A stretch of 62,635 nt of DNA, filler included, from Kipferlia bialata (taxonomy: Eukaryota): NCBI GenBank assembly GCA_003568945.1. It is 5 parts of 5 records of this genome, joined end to end, with 100 filler letters (N's around TTAATTAATTAA, not from the genome) between each part and the next. Parts side by side here need not be neighbours in the genome. Positions count along the whole stretch, not along the records: positions 1 to 13,628 come from BDIP01000924.1; positions 13,729 to 27,352 come from BDIP01000925.1; 3 more parts are not named here. One strand, given 5' to 3'. Under the pieces are notes generated by a model that searched no databases, had not been told where the DNA came from, and was given only the letters and a program-made list of their open reading frames with translations. Positions 1 to 13,734 of this stretch are shown piece after piece. Both the position numbers and the translations under genes were made by a program. The stretch's first letter is position 1; each line of letters opens with the position of its first letter.

Positions 1-48
<48 letters not shown>

Positions 49-90
49 GATCAGTCATGCTCTGGGACATACATACATATATGCACATAC

Positions 91-614
91 CTCTGACCGG
101 CGCCTTGTACCATGTGTTGGCCTTGACGTTGTTCTGCTCTATCACGTTGAAGTACCACACATCCCCATAGTAGGAGATGGTGTCTGAGCCCCCAAACAGG
201 ATCAGCCTGTGTCAGTATCAAGGAGGGTGTCAGAAAAGGGTCAGGGGGTGCATAGAAATACAACGTAACTATTGATATATATATGTAAGTATACAGCACT
301 CACTCACTTCTCGTTGTCCTCTGTGTTGTCCTTCAGGAAGAGACTGCCCATGCGCCTGGGATGAGGGGAAGGGATAGAATGAGAGAGAGAGAGAGAGAGA
401 GACCCACTCCGCACCTGGCTGGGGGTGCCCCGAAGTCTGGGATGGAGGTCCAAGATACCTAGGGGTGGGAGAGAGACAGAGAGAGAGAGAGAGACAGAGA
501 GACGAAGTCTCACTCCTTCCAGACCCACCTCGGGATGGGCCAGGTCACACTGCGCCACACACACCCCATAGGCAGCCTCACACACATCAAACTCATCAGT
601 ACAGCTTGGATGAG

Positions 615-651
<37 letters not shown>

Positions 652-1283
652 CGTGGGATCTCAGTAAATATGTCAATCCATATATGGCAGAGGGACTGGG
701 TGAGTGTGGGTATATACCTGTAGTACGTGTCGTCACACACAGCATCGCACTCTGAGTTGGGGGTGTCTTGGGAGAGGCCCTTGGCACACACTGGGGGGGA
801 GGGGGGGAGGGTGGCCTTCGCTGACACTACCATGTCAGAAGCGCCTGTATGTCTAACGCTGTTAGTAACAGTCTCAGAGCCTTGGGTCAGACCGCCCTTG
901 GAAGGTGGGGGTTATCTGATACTGGTACATATAAATGGGGCCTAGAGACACAAACGCAGGCAGTGGAGAATGCCAGAGTGTCACACCATTAGACAAAGCG
1001 TATAGCTGATACAGACACAAGCGTTAGTAGTCTAGTATGTTGCTGTACCTATGTTGCCTTTGCCCTGCCCATGTCTCCCGGGGTGTCTGTGAGGGGCGGC
1101 CTCACACGACACAAGCACCGCCTGATGGTGAGTGTGGCACATTGGGTTACACAGGGAAGTCAACTAGAGTCACACATAGATCTAGCAAACCCATGGATCT
1201 AAGCTACCAAGGATATATAGCAAGAAATCACCCATACACCCTAGCGCACTCACCAGAAGCACACACAAGACAAGCCATCGCAT
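91..1283 (-). CDS. Secreted Cys-rich/Kelch-repeat protein, multi-exon, 3' end runs off the contig
   Basis: Manual splicing gives MRWLVLCVLL|AVLVSCEAAP (signal-peptide-like), a Cys-rich stretch (VCAKG..ECDAVCDDTYYS|CTDEFDVCEAAYGVCVAQCD), then VSWTSIPDFGAPPAR|RMGSLF..EK|LILFGGSDTISYYGDVWYFN, a typical Kelch GG..Y..D.W motif. GT-AG junctions are in frame. Confidence 0.75.
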
Positions 1284-1398
1284 AGCTACTGGAAAGGAGG
1301 GTAATGGATAGATGTATCGAAAGACCCCCTTTTGTTACATGGCGGTTCATTTGAGTTTCCAACGTTAGCATCCCACCAGCACTAGACACTAACTAAGC

Positions 1399-4300
1399 TT
1401 AATATATGTCAATCTCTTCTATTGCGCGTCTCCCTACTGTACAATTCTGACCAGTCCGTCTGACCACGCTGTGACCAGGACATTGGACCCAGGCAGAAGG
1501 GTGGCCTGGGGTGAGGGTATATATGTTAGGTGCGGCAGAGGTATAGAGCTTACACACAGTCTCTCCCTCCCCACCTGTGTCACGTGGCTGTTGTGCACCA
1601 GGTGCTCTAGCCACCCCCCGGGGCTGGACGCAGGGGCCTTGAACTGTCTAAGGGGTCAGTAACAGTGGGTCAGTAACAGTAGGGGTCAGTAACAGTAGGG
1701 GTCAGNNNNNNNNNNNNNNNNNGGTCAGTAACAGTAGGGGTCAGTAACAGTAGGGGTCAGTAACAGTAGGGGTCAGTGGGTCAGTAGGGGTCAGTAACAG
1801 TAGGGGTCAGTGGGTCAGTGGGTCAGGGTAAGGTTTGGGTACTGACTGCATATCACTCACCTTCCGTAGACCTCCCCGCCCGTCCTCTCTCTCTCCCCCT
1901 GGCCAGACAGGACAGAGGACACAGCCGTGAGGGCATTGCCAATGGCATAGCCTAATGTCAGGGGGGAGGGGGGGATATGGTATTGTGCATATATACATAC
2001 TAGTCCACATATACACAACATTTGGTGTCACCCACCTCTCCTGAATGCCACGTATACCGTTGCGGCATCTGGCTGCAGCACAGCTATGCCGGGGTCAGGG
2101 AGAGGTCTGTTGAACGTGGTGCTGACAGTACCCCCACCCCCTAGGGCAGAGGTGGGCTGCACCTGTCTCTCCCTCAGCAGAGAGGTCAGGATGGGGGAGC
2201 GGGAGAGGGAGGGGGACGTGATGAGGGAAAGCGACGCCACCTGGGCTGATGTTGCCATGCCCTGCTTGACAGTAGATAGGGTGCTGGCATACACACCTGG
2301 AGTCGGGGGGGGGGGGGGGGAGAAACATGTATATACAGACACATACCCATTGCCCCCCATCCTATGCTTGTAACCATGCCACTGCACGTGTGGCTATCGA
2401 GTAGAGACCCAGTCCTCAAGTCAAGGTGGGACACAGCATCCCCACAGGAGGCAACAAGGCCTGGGGGGTCAGGGGAGATGACAGTACATTCGTACACATA
2501 CATATATATACCCACACCATGACCCACCTGGCCCCATTGTGCCTGTGGTGCCATAGCCCTCTGCACACAGGTGGGTCACCCAGTCACGCCTAGGGTCAGA
2601 CAGAGGGGTGGTCTACAAGATGGAAAGACACATATAGCTAGGGTGCTAGATCCTCGGTACCGTCACATCCACCCACCTCTTGCCTAGCGACACCTGGAGA
2701 GAGTGTCTGTCGGACGTCCTCAGGTCGTATAGGGCCACTGTCCCATTGGCATACCCAGCTGCCACCACAGCACTGCCCAGCGAGGGTATGGGGCACACGC
2801 TGGCCACGGGGGACAGGTCCTGGGGTCAGGTGGGTAGTGTCCATGACATAGATATAATACCATCAGGTACAACTCCCTCCCTCCCCCCTACCTTGACTGC
2901 TCCGTGCACACTGGGCATCAGGTGCTGGATGCCGTCCTGGGCCTCCCTAGCCACCCTCTCTCTCTCCTTCTCTCTCTCCTTCTCCTTGGAGTCCTTCTGA
3001 CAGTAAGGGTATGAGGACAGTAAGGCTAAGGACAGTAACTCACCAAACTCTGTCACACACATCTCACACACCCTGCACTCACTGAATGACCACTCCACCC
3101 CCACCTTATCCTTCTTCCCTCCCCTACCCCTGGGGGGCACGGGCTCTGCAATGCTTGGTAACAGCGCAGACGCGGATATCTTGCCACCAACTGGGGTGAG
3201 TGGAGCAATAAGGATACACCACACAGAGGTTGATGGAATGTAGATATAGAGTACACTCCCTCTCCCCACCTGCTTGTGACACACTCATGGTATGGCCCAG
3301 GCTGGATAGGGTGTTCTGTCCATGGATGATACTCCTGGAGGATATCAGCCGCATCACAGTACTCTCGCTGGGAATCAGATTGGGGGTATGGAGACGATAT
3401 GCCCTAGGCTTGACAATGATACAGACGTCCAATGACACTGACAATGCACAAGGTCAGATACCTACATGGCCGGGCAGGGGCTGTGGTACGGAACGTGCCA
3501 ATGTGCCTCCTGGGGTGAGAGATATATACATACCCTGACAAACACTAGTACATACTCCACCTCCACTCGACACCAGTATACACCCCCTCACCCTGTCCTG
3601 TAGTCATGGTGCACCAGACTGGAGCATGTGCCCACCACCACAGAGTGCCCATCTGCTGCAAATGCACCACAGGTGGGTTTCCACAGGCCTGGGCGTAAGA
3701 GGGTGGGAGAGAGAGGGAGAGAGACCCCACGCCTGAGAGAGCCCCCACCTGTGAACGGCAGGCCCTCCCTGTCTCCCTTGCCGTGGAAGGTGACGGCCTC
3801 GGGGGCAGTCTCCCTGCCCCTGGCCACGCCCTCTCTCTCTCTCCTGGGCTGGTGTCCAACATAGGGGGACATGCCGGGGGAGCTGGGGTAATATGGGTGG
3901 GGGAGGACACGGACAGGGACGCGCATACCGTATCACAACAGCAACACAACAGTATGATGGTCCATTTGGTCTATGTACCAAGTGCAGAAATAATCCTACT
4001 TACCCATTGATGGCTGTGGGCAGTGGTGAGGGAACTGACTGGGCCGACGGGTACACATTGAACACTCTGACTGGGGATGGTGCACTGAGGTCAGAGGATA
4101 GTGATAGATGGGTGGCAGACTGAGTGACATGTGGGTATATGGATGTGTATACACATGTGTGTATGTTGTGCACCACTCACTCTGGCATAATGGCTAGCAT
4201 AGTACCGTCAGGGTAGGCAGCAGGTCTGGCCTCCAGGGCAAAGCAGGCCTGGGGGTGAGACAGGGGTCGACAGCTGAGGAACAGAGAGTAAGAGAGTGGG

Positions 4301-7300
4301 AGAATGGGAAATACACAGAGTGCACCCCACACCACCGTATCCCAATTCCCACACCCCATACCATATAGCATACCATATACCGTACCACACCCCATACCTG
4401 GTGGGTGGCCATGGCATATCCATCTCCCTCTGCCTCTGCCTCTGCCTCTGCCCCCCTAGGGAGCTGCTCTCCATACCCAGCCGCACCCGCACCCACACTC
4501 ATGCGTCGCATGAAGCTGAGAATAAGAAGGCAGAGAGGTGGAAGAGACATAAGAGAGGTGGAAGAGAGGGGCGAGATGAGCTGCCTGATGTGTAGTCTCC
4601 ACCAGCATATAGATATAGAGAACCCGAGCAATAACATGTGCATTGCACCAGGTGCACCCACCTGGACCCCGACCCTGACCCTGACAGTCTGTCCTGGCCT
4701 GCGTCTCTGTCTATGGGTGAGTGGGCCTCTCCCTCAGAGTCTGCGTCTCCCTCCCTGCCCCCCTCCCTCTGCTCAGGGTCTACGGTATCCACCAGGGTAC
4801 CCGTTACACCCCAGCCATTGAAGGTGCCGCCTGGGGGTTGGGGTGTATACCGTAAAGAGAGAGGTGTTCAACACACACACACACACACCTGACTCGTCTC
4901 CGAAGTACTTGCCGAACACACCCACCATGGACGCTGCAAACTGGGCCTCGTCCTGGTGTTACTGACAAGTAATACACATAGATACATACATACATAGGGT
5001 GTAGGGAGGGAGGGAGAGAGAATGCCGGGTACCTGGCCAGGACTGGACCCCAGGGCTAGGCCGACACGGAGGGAGGAGTCCTCCCTGGGGGGTTAGTAGT
5101 GGTATCAGACACGAGAGAAAGACTAACGACGAGAAGGCACAGAGACTATAGCAACTGTTAGATTGAAAGGAATGCCAACAGTCCCCCTATAATCAATACT
5201 ACACCCTCCATCCCTATCCCTACCTGCCTAGGTGCCACGGGATGTCAGTGGGACACGACCTGAAGGGTTAGAGAGATGATTGATGCCTACAATTGTGCAC
5301 GGTACTACATGTCTATCCTACTATCAATGGTCATGATCCTTGCACACCCACCCCCACCCACCTACAGGGTGTGATCTGGGACGCCACCCTAGGGGGGTGC
5401 ATCACAGTGGACCTTCTGGTGTGTGAGGGATGTATAGATAGAGAGGATGACAGGGAGAGAGGGGGTGAGGGGGGTGAGGGATGTGTACCTGACGGGGTCT
5501 GACTGGGACTGGCCCTGTAGGGCAGAGGGGTAGATGGACCCACGGGGCATGCCTACAGGGTGAGACTGATTGGTAAGGGACCACAATGATGCAAGTACCG
5601 CACTATGCCGCACCCTGGGTGAGTGTGACCCCCGACACACTGGGGTACTGGTCCATGGATGCATTGACCCTGGGGTGGAGACAGGGTGCAAAGAGGGCAT
5701 TGACATCTGGGGTGGGGGGGGATGGAGTAGCAAATACATATGAATACTATACACATATATCACACATGCCCGTACCCACACACACTGCCTTGAGGGAGGG
5801 GGGGCACAGCAGGGTGAGCCTCTGCACAGTGCCCTTGGACAGAGCCACATACTCAGCCAGAGTGGTACAGGCACCCTGCACTGACGTGAGGGGGTGACAT
5901 GAGGAGGAGGGTGGGCTAGGTGTATGACATGCGGCACCCACCTTGCACGGTATGAGCTCTCTGGGGTAGGGTGGTCTGGGGGTGGGGGGATACATGGGGG
6001 CCAGACCCAAAGGGGCCCATGAAACTGGCTGGGGGGTGAGAAGGAGGGAGCGAAGAGACACCATATCCACTCTATGTCACATATATACATATATACATCC
6101 ACCCCTGTCCTGGTACCTGGCACCAATGAGGCCTGGGCCATGAGCCTGTCTCTCTCTCTCTCCTTCTCTCTCTCCCTTTCTCTCTCCCGAAGAGCCTGGG
6201 TGTGGGAAAGAAATTGCATAACTATGCATGGAATCCCTTGCAATACACCATGTGACCCATGCCCCCATTACCAGCAGGGCGAGTGGTTGGATATGTATAT
6301 ATTCCAATGCATCATTCCCTAACACATGTGACCCCTGTATATACACTGCATATACACTGTACCTGCACTGGCGAGTGGTGCACAGACCCCCTCCTGTCCT
6401 CCGGTCTCTCTCCCTCCCTCACGGGGTTGCCTGTCACACAGGCCAGCACCGACCTCAGCTGTCTAAGGGGTCAGAGGAGAAGGGAGGGGGGAGACACAGC
6501 GGATATACTAACAATACACATATACCCCGACCCTACCTGTATCCCAGCTGCGGGGCATACAGAGGGGGGTCACAGAGCAGGACGGCCAGAAGGGACCCGA
6601 CCTATGCATCAGAGGGCAAGGGTGTACATGTATCCACACATACATGTATCCACACACATATATACACATGGTCCCAGCCACACCCACCTTCTCGTCCTGC
6701 ACCTCTGGAGTACCAGTCTCGGCACCCCTGCTGCTAGGGGTCAGTGGAGAGGACAGTGGATGACAACCTATACACTTATGCAGATACTGCAGAACACGTC
6801 GGTACGTACCCCCCTGCGAGCTGTGACACACTGAATATGGGGTCGAGACAGGCCATGAACACAGAGGTGGGGCAGACAAGGGGGTGCGCAGTGGAGGGGG
6901 GGTCTGGGGTGGGTGGAGGGGGTGGTGGAGAAAGAGGGAGAGACAAGGAGTGCCTGGTACCTGCAGACACCGTCTCAGGTGGTGAGGGTGCAGAGAGAGT
7001 CTCTCTCTCCCTCTTCTCCCTCTCCCTCTCCCCATCACTGACGCACTGGGCAAGGCGGGCCTAGCAGTGAGACAGACAGACATCAGACAGATATGGTGGG
7101 TATGCAACAGCGGTAGACACTCCATCCACTCACCACAAGCTCCGTCAGGCTATACACAGCCATGACACACACCAGGGCACGCTGCACTGCCAGCTCTCTC
7201 CTGGTCCCGTCGTCTACCCCATGGTGCATGGTGGGTATGGGCCCACTCCTATCATCCAGAGAGAATGCAAAGGAGTCTGGGGGGTGGGGGGGTAGCATAG

Positions 7301-10300
7301 GGTACACTGGATATGGAGAACATAATAGAGTGGAAGACTCGGTATATACATGCACCCCGTACCTGCAGAGGCCTCGTCCGGCAACACTATGCTGGGTCCC
7401 TTGCCCATCGGGGAGTGGGAGGGAGAGGTCAGGAAGTAGTTGCGGGGGCCCATGCTCCGCTTGTCTCTCTCTCTCTCTCTCTCCCTGTGCAGAACAGATG
7501 GCATCTTGCCGCTGTCTCTCTCCCTGACCCTGGCCGGACTGAAGGGGCTCTCCCTCCCCATCTCTCTGCCCAGGGCCATCTCATGGGGCAGGGAGTCTGT
7601 GTCGCTCAGTGACCCATCCTGCCCACCCATGGCCCTGTCCCTGTCCCTGTCATCATTGGATACGGAGGAGGAGGAGGAGGAGGGGGAGGAATCGGGGTAG
7701 TCCACGGCTCGGTTGATCTCCTGGGGGGTAGAGGGGGAAGGAGAGGGTAGACGAATGGTACGAGTCAGAGTTAAAAGAGGGAGAGAGACAGGAGGCCCCA
7801 CCTGCAGCGAGTGTGTTCTCTTGTGCATACTACGCCTGCCCTGCTCGGGGGTGAAGTCAAGGCTCTCGAGGTCTCTCTCCCTCTCCCTCTCCCTCTCTCT
7901 GTCCCGCTGTGCCTGTGCGAGAGACTGGCGCTGGGGGGTCAGAGGACACACAGCACCAGCACATACAGATACACACTATACAGTGACAGACCAACCCTGC
8001 CCACTACCCACTCCCTACCTCTTGCATGGACGTGTGAGTTGCATCCCCCTGCTGGGCGTGGGATGCAGAGTCAAGGACAGACATGGGGCTGGCCTGGGGG
8101 TCATGCGTGGGTTGTACACACTGTCTATTCATATACATCCACTGTATACAGACATCCTACCTTAGTAGGTTGGCTTCTGAAGCTGCCGAATCTGTTCTGG
8201 GTGAGGTTGTTCCCGAAGGGGTGCTCGCTGGTGTCAGACGGTGGCATTATACACACACATAACAGGATGCTACATGGTATCCCTATACCTGTAGCTATCG
8301 TCGTCAGAGTGCATGTTGTCAAATGACACCTCGCTGCTCTCACTCTCTCTCTCTCTCTGGTGCTCCTTCCTCCTGCTAGGACTAGGGGTGAGTGTTTGAC
8401 CCCAGATGAACCACAGAATAACTATAACTAATACAGAATACAGCACACATACACTGACCACTCACTCTATGCGGGTGGACAGGGAGAATGACAGCGGGCT
8501 GCTGACCCCCTTCTGGCCCTGGGTGTTGGGTCCCTCGCCCTGTCTATCTGGCGACATGGGGTACCCCCTGACTGTAGACTGGTTGAACACATTGGCTGTG
8601 ATGGGGGTGGTGCCAACGCTGTAGGGTGAGGGGGGGCAGGGTGTACAGGGGGGGAGAGTGGCACGAGTGTAGACACCATGGATACCCACCTCATCGTGTC
8701 CTGTTCATCCCCAAACCTGGACACCTGGCGCATCTGGGGTCAGGGAGGAGAGAGGATACTGAGGATGGAGAGTAATACAAGGGCCGGCAGAGTATATACC
8801 ACTATCAACACATGCACACTGCCAATAACACCCCGTCCATATCCACACATGCTGCAGCACGTGGCAATCAGAGAGGATGGCAATAGCATTGAGTAATATA
8901 TATACAACCAATCTATACCAATACCTGCTGCAGCACATGGCATGTCTTGATGGCATCGTTGACCCTGGGGGTGAGGGGGGAGGGGGGATAGAGCACATCA
9001 CAAGGGGACACGGTATACAGGGCAGCTCTGTCGCGACTATCACTAATAACAGCACTGCACCTAGTAGTGAGTGACGCTGTGACGAGTGGCATGACAACGC
9101 TGTTGACATATCCCTGGCCCACGACAGGCAGACACCGCACTATGAGTCTGACCATGGTGTCACACAGACACACCGCATACTCGGTGGGGACAGCCTGGCC
9201 AAGGGTCATCGAGGGGGGCCGCTCTCTCTCCCTCTCCCTCTCCCGGTGGCCTCTCCTAGGTGTGGTGGGACCCTGCACGGTTAGAGAACAGTGGTGTCAC
9301 TGACACATATATGAAACACTACCAAATATGGCAGCCTCTCTCCCTCCCTAGTACCTGGCTGGTGTTGGTGTTGGCCGCTATGGCAGCTCCCACATCTAAC
9401 TGGAGATACTCAGCAATCCATCTGGAGGTTAGAGTAGTAAGGGCTGCTGCCATACTACTGACAAGAACAACAACATTCGCACATGATGATATGCCAATGA
9501 CACTCGCACCCAGTACCCATATCACACACCTGGGCACACACAGCAGTGCCTTGAGCAGGGGCAGGAGGAAGGTGTAGAGGACACAGCGGGGGGTCACAAC
9601 AGAGATGGAGGTGGAGATGTGCACCTGTGGGGTAGATCAGAATTCAATACTTGAATATATGTATGTTCCGTACCAGGATATATGGACCGAAACAAAGCTC
9701 ACGTGTATTATTATAGCCAGCACACCCATATCCCACACCCACCTCGAGAGCCATCAAGGCATCGACACTGGCTATGTCGGACAGGGAGGTGAGGGGGGCA
9801 GGGTGGGGGGGGGCGTCCTCCGGCACAAGCACATGGCATGCAAGAAGGGACAGTCTGGGGGTGGGGGGAGGCAGGATGTTGCGCACATACTATCACAAAT
9901 ACAATGGGGATACATAGTGAAGAACAACAGCTGCTATCAAAACGCACCTGATTCTCTGGAGTGCCCCGTAGTACAGAGACAGTATGTGTGTGACACACAG
10001 CCGGCCCAGGTAGATGCCGAAGGTGAACTCAACACCAGTTACACGCCTGGAGGGTGGGGGGGGGGGGGGATGCAGAGAACTCCTTACAATTTCAGGACTC
10101 AAGTCAACAATTCTTGCCCATATATATGGACTAATACACCACACACCTGAGGCTGGGAATGGCAGTATCCTTCTCTGTCTCCCCACTGTCTCTAACATCC
10201 CTGGAGTGAGAGAGTGGGTGAGTGATAAGGGTAGGGGCACATGACACACGACCCCCCTCTCCCACCTGGACAGAACACTCCTGCTCTGAGAGGTGGAACT

Positions 10301-13300
10301 GAACCCACGGGCTCTCTCTCTCTCTCTCTCTCTCTCCTTCTCCCTCCCTGACCTAGTCAGCGTCTGCAGGTGCGAGATGACCTGGGGTCAGATCCGTCAA
10401 TACAGGGAGATACTGCACACACTAACCAAATGCCTACCCTCTCCCCCTCACCCACACCCTACCCCCTACCACGTCCCACATACCACCCACCTTGACCAGT
10501 GCTGTGACGTCTCTCCCCAGGGTCTGTGCCACATGGCCTAGGGCACCCGTGCGGGACGTGATGTCACGCTGCGACACAAGGCGGCGGTGCTCCTGCAGGT
10601 CAGGAGGTGAATATCTACACAGATAATAACCCTCTCGTTCCTCCCACCCTCACCTCGGATATGGCACTGCATATGGTCTGGAGGGTAACACCATTCTGGG
10701 CAGAGGAAGTAGACAGAGCGGGGGTTGCCTGGTGGTGAGGGGGAAGAGGCTCTCTATGAGTCCCATAGCAAAGTACATCTCCTGCACAATACAGTGCTCA
10801 TACCTGCTGCAGAAGTAGACACGACACCTGCAGGTCCCGTCTGACTATGCCTGGGGGTCAAGGGGGTGTATAGTCCCAAAGGATAGCTCAGTATGGCCCC
10901 ACACTACTGAGACAATCATCCCGACCACTGGTATATGCATGTGTGTGTTTGTGTGTCCCTACCTGACGTGCCGTCCAGGAACTGTCTGGCCAGCTGGGCA
11001 CTCCCAATGGCACTGACCCACCTGCACATCAGAAGGGGGGGGGGGGTAGTAATAGCTGGGGACACTACACCCACCTGTATGTGGCTGTGTAGAGCCTCAG
11101 TGCCTGTCTAACGGGGTATGAGTACAGGGCCCCTCTATACGGTCTGGACAGGACACACAGCACAGTACGGGCAGATAGGGTGCCACAGGTGAGGGCAGAC
11201 ACCACCTGGCCCAGACACTCCTTGAGGGTGGTAGGCCTGCTGCCTCCCTGGGCCCCCTCCCTGCCACTCCCCCTGCCCTTGTCCTGGTGTATCTGGCCTA
11301 TACCGGCACTGCCGCAGAAGGCGTCCTCGAAGAACAGGGCAGTCTCAAGCACACCTGCACAGTCAGTATACATACAGTCAGGATATACATACAGTCAGTA
11401 CACATACAGTCAGTATATACGGAGATCGTATACCCAGTATGGTGGCGGGAGTGTTAAGTAGATACGTATGTGTCTCAATTTGTGGTAGAGTTGACAGAGC
11501 TGTGGGTGTATCTATCTCTATGCCGTACCCAGTCCCTCCCCTTCCTTCCCCTGGTCGGTGTGGGCCAACTTGGCGGCACCCAGCCTGGGGGGTCAGTGTA
11601 TAGAAGCAGTGGGTATACACAGTATGGGCCGAGGTCTATGACACACCCACCTGAACAGAGGGTCTGCTGGGCTGTAGGACAGACTGGAGCTGGACACAGA
11701 CAGGGCGGTGGACGAGGTCTCGAGGGCGGCACACACCTGGGGGTCAGAGGCATAGGCCTATATACAATGTGGTTACATCCGTAATCACCACCCAACACGA
11801 ATCCGTATCCCACCTCCAGCATCGGCTGCACCCATGTGGGCAGGGTGTGTATGGCACGGCAGGCAGGGGAGACAAGGGTAGAGGGGGGGTCCCTGGCCAC
11901 AGGGGTGGGGGGGTCGCATGTGATGGATGTGATGTCAGAGACGGAGGTGGCAGTGTGGGGCAGGGGGGTGAAGGTGAGAGGCTCGTTGGACAGCAGTGCC
12001 GCCTCATCTGTCAGAACGTCCAGTAGGGGCAGAGACCAGTGGCCCTGCGGTAAGGGAGGGGGCAATATATATGTACTGCAACACACAGACAGACTCTTAA
12101 CATGATACCCTCCGACCCATACACACCTCTCTCCTCATCCTGTCCAGGTCGGAGGGAGTGGCATAGAACCGGTTCTGCACCAGCTTCAGAATCATACGGG
12201 CGGCACAGATCCTAGCGGGTTACGGCAGACAGACACAGACATCAACAGAGTGAAGAACCGAGAGTAGTGCTAACGCGGGAATAAAGAAGGAGTACCTATC
12301 CTTTGCGAACAGCATGTTGTTGCGCCCCTGCTCTCTCTCGTCCTGGGTCCTACTGACCACGGACTGCCACAGGGAGAGATACGCATCATCGTTGAAGTCC
12401 CTGGGGTGAACGAGGGGGACAGGATAGGACATTGCCACTCAGCTACTGTAGTGCCGCACCTGACGAATCCCGACACCATGTCGTGGTCTCTGGTGCCTAT
12501 CACCGGCCCCGCTGCCTGTCTCTGCCTGGCCCTCTCTGTATCCACGACGGCAGGGGGGAGGGACAGGGCCTGGCGGTAAAGGGGGAGGGGGGGCTCAGTG
12601 CAAGGACATGCAAACGCAGACACACACATTCATATAAACTATATGTGCCTTCACCATCATACCTTAGACAGTGGCCCCTGGTCGGCGTATGAGTGGTGGG
12701 GGGGTATGGGGAAGGACAGCTTCCCGGGGCTGGTGAGGCCCTTACAGGCCATGACTGAGGCAGAGAGGCCAGGGCCCCCAGCCACACCCCTAGTACCAGG
12801 GGAGGCACCTGACCCAGACCCAATGTCTGTGTGACCCATACCCATATCTCTAGTAGGGGTGTGGTAGGGACGGGAGGTGGGGTAGACAAGACGCCGGGGG
12901 TGGGCAGCGGTGAATAGGGGAGAGATGCCCTGGGTTGGACATGTGAGGGGGGCATAGGGGATAGAGGTTGGATATATGGAGTCATCACTAGACTGACTCA
13001 ATTAGACACCACTGGCAGAGTACCCACCTTGCTCTTGATGGCATTGTCCCTGAGGGGGTAGTTCTGTCTGTCGGCAGCTGCTGTGGACGTGAAGCCACCG
13101 GAGACAGAGTCTGTGTCGATGCCTAGGGGGAGAGGGAGCGGGATACAGGGACACACTACAGCACCCAGTGTCAACACACAGGTATTTCTTACATACATAC
13201 ATATACACCCATCAACACATGCCCCCTACCTGTTCCAAAGATCATGTCGATCCACAGGTGGAGCTTGGCAGACACCTCAGGGGACTCCAGACACTCCCGG

Positions 13301-13610
13301 TGCCACCTGGAGTCAGTATCAGTCAGGGTGCATGGATACATGGATACATGGAGACATGAATACATGAATACATGGATACATGAATAAGGATATAAGGATA
13401 TATGGATATATGGATATATGGCCACCTGGAGTCAGGGTGCAGGGACACCAGGGAGAAGAAGACATGGGCCGAGTCAACATATAAAACCACCAACCATTCA
13501 GACCAGGCCTGTCTCTCCCCACCTGACGAACTGTGCCGGTGTCTGTGTCCAGTCGGGCAGCTGCATGTGGCCCAGGGTGGAGGGGAGGGCACACTGCTCA
13601 TCAAGCTCAT
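1399..13610 (-). CDS. Large multi-exon BEACH-domain protein with probable C-terminal WD40 region (WDR81-like layout); 5' end off contig
   Basis: Exons near 13523-13610 and 13229-13306 splice to MQLPDWTQTPAQFVR|WHRECLESPEVSAKLHLWIDMIFG, matching the BEACH consensus LPxWxxxPxxFVxxHRxxLESxxVSxxLHxWIDLIFG. Minus-strand exons continue to a stop at 1399. GLVASCGDAVSHLDLRTGSLLDSHTCSGMVTSIGW (~2345-2460) is WD40-like. That all exons form one gene is inferred, not every phase was checked. Confidence 0.6.
1650..1826. repeat. Intronic tandem repeat, ~16-bp unit GGGGTCAGTAACAGTA, with an internal N gap
   Basis: Visible directly. On the minus strand the unit TACTGTTACTGACCCC contains the branch-point-like CTGAC, and the array abuts an acceptor. 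Confidence 0.9.
13331..13420. repeat. Degenerate 8-bp tandem repeat (CATGGATA/TATGGATA) between a real acceptor and its short echo
   Basis: Visible directly. GCCACCTGGAGTCAG occurs on both sides, at 13302 and 13421. Confidence 0.85.
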
Positions 13611-13628
13611 CTGGGGTGGGGGGGGGGG

Positions 13629-13728
13629 NNNNNNNNNNNNNNNNNNNNNNNNNNNNNNNNNNNNNNNNNNNNTTAATTAATTAANNNNNNNNNNNNNNNN
13701 NNNNNNNNNNNNNNNNNNNNNNNNNNNN
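13629..13728. other. Artificial contig linker N44-TTAATTAATTAA-N44
   Basis: Identical 100-nt all-frame-stop spacer occurs four times in the window. Confidence 0.97.
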
Positions 13729-13734
13729 GTATAC

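Noticed and set aside
1..47. Poly-G/C runs at contig ends (also 13615, 41170, 54885, 62585 and internally 37077) as telomeres or G-quadruplex elements
   Set aside because: These are homopolymers where short-read assemblies typically break. Their lengths are unreliable and there is no telomeric unit.
12125..12215. Bromodomain-like KLVQNRFY segment
   Set aside because: The resemblance is too short, the other bromodomain motifs are missing, and it sits inside the BEACH gene.
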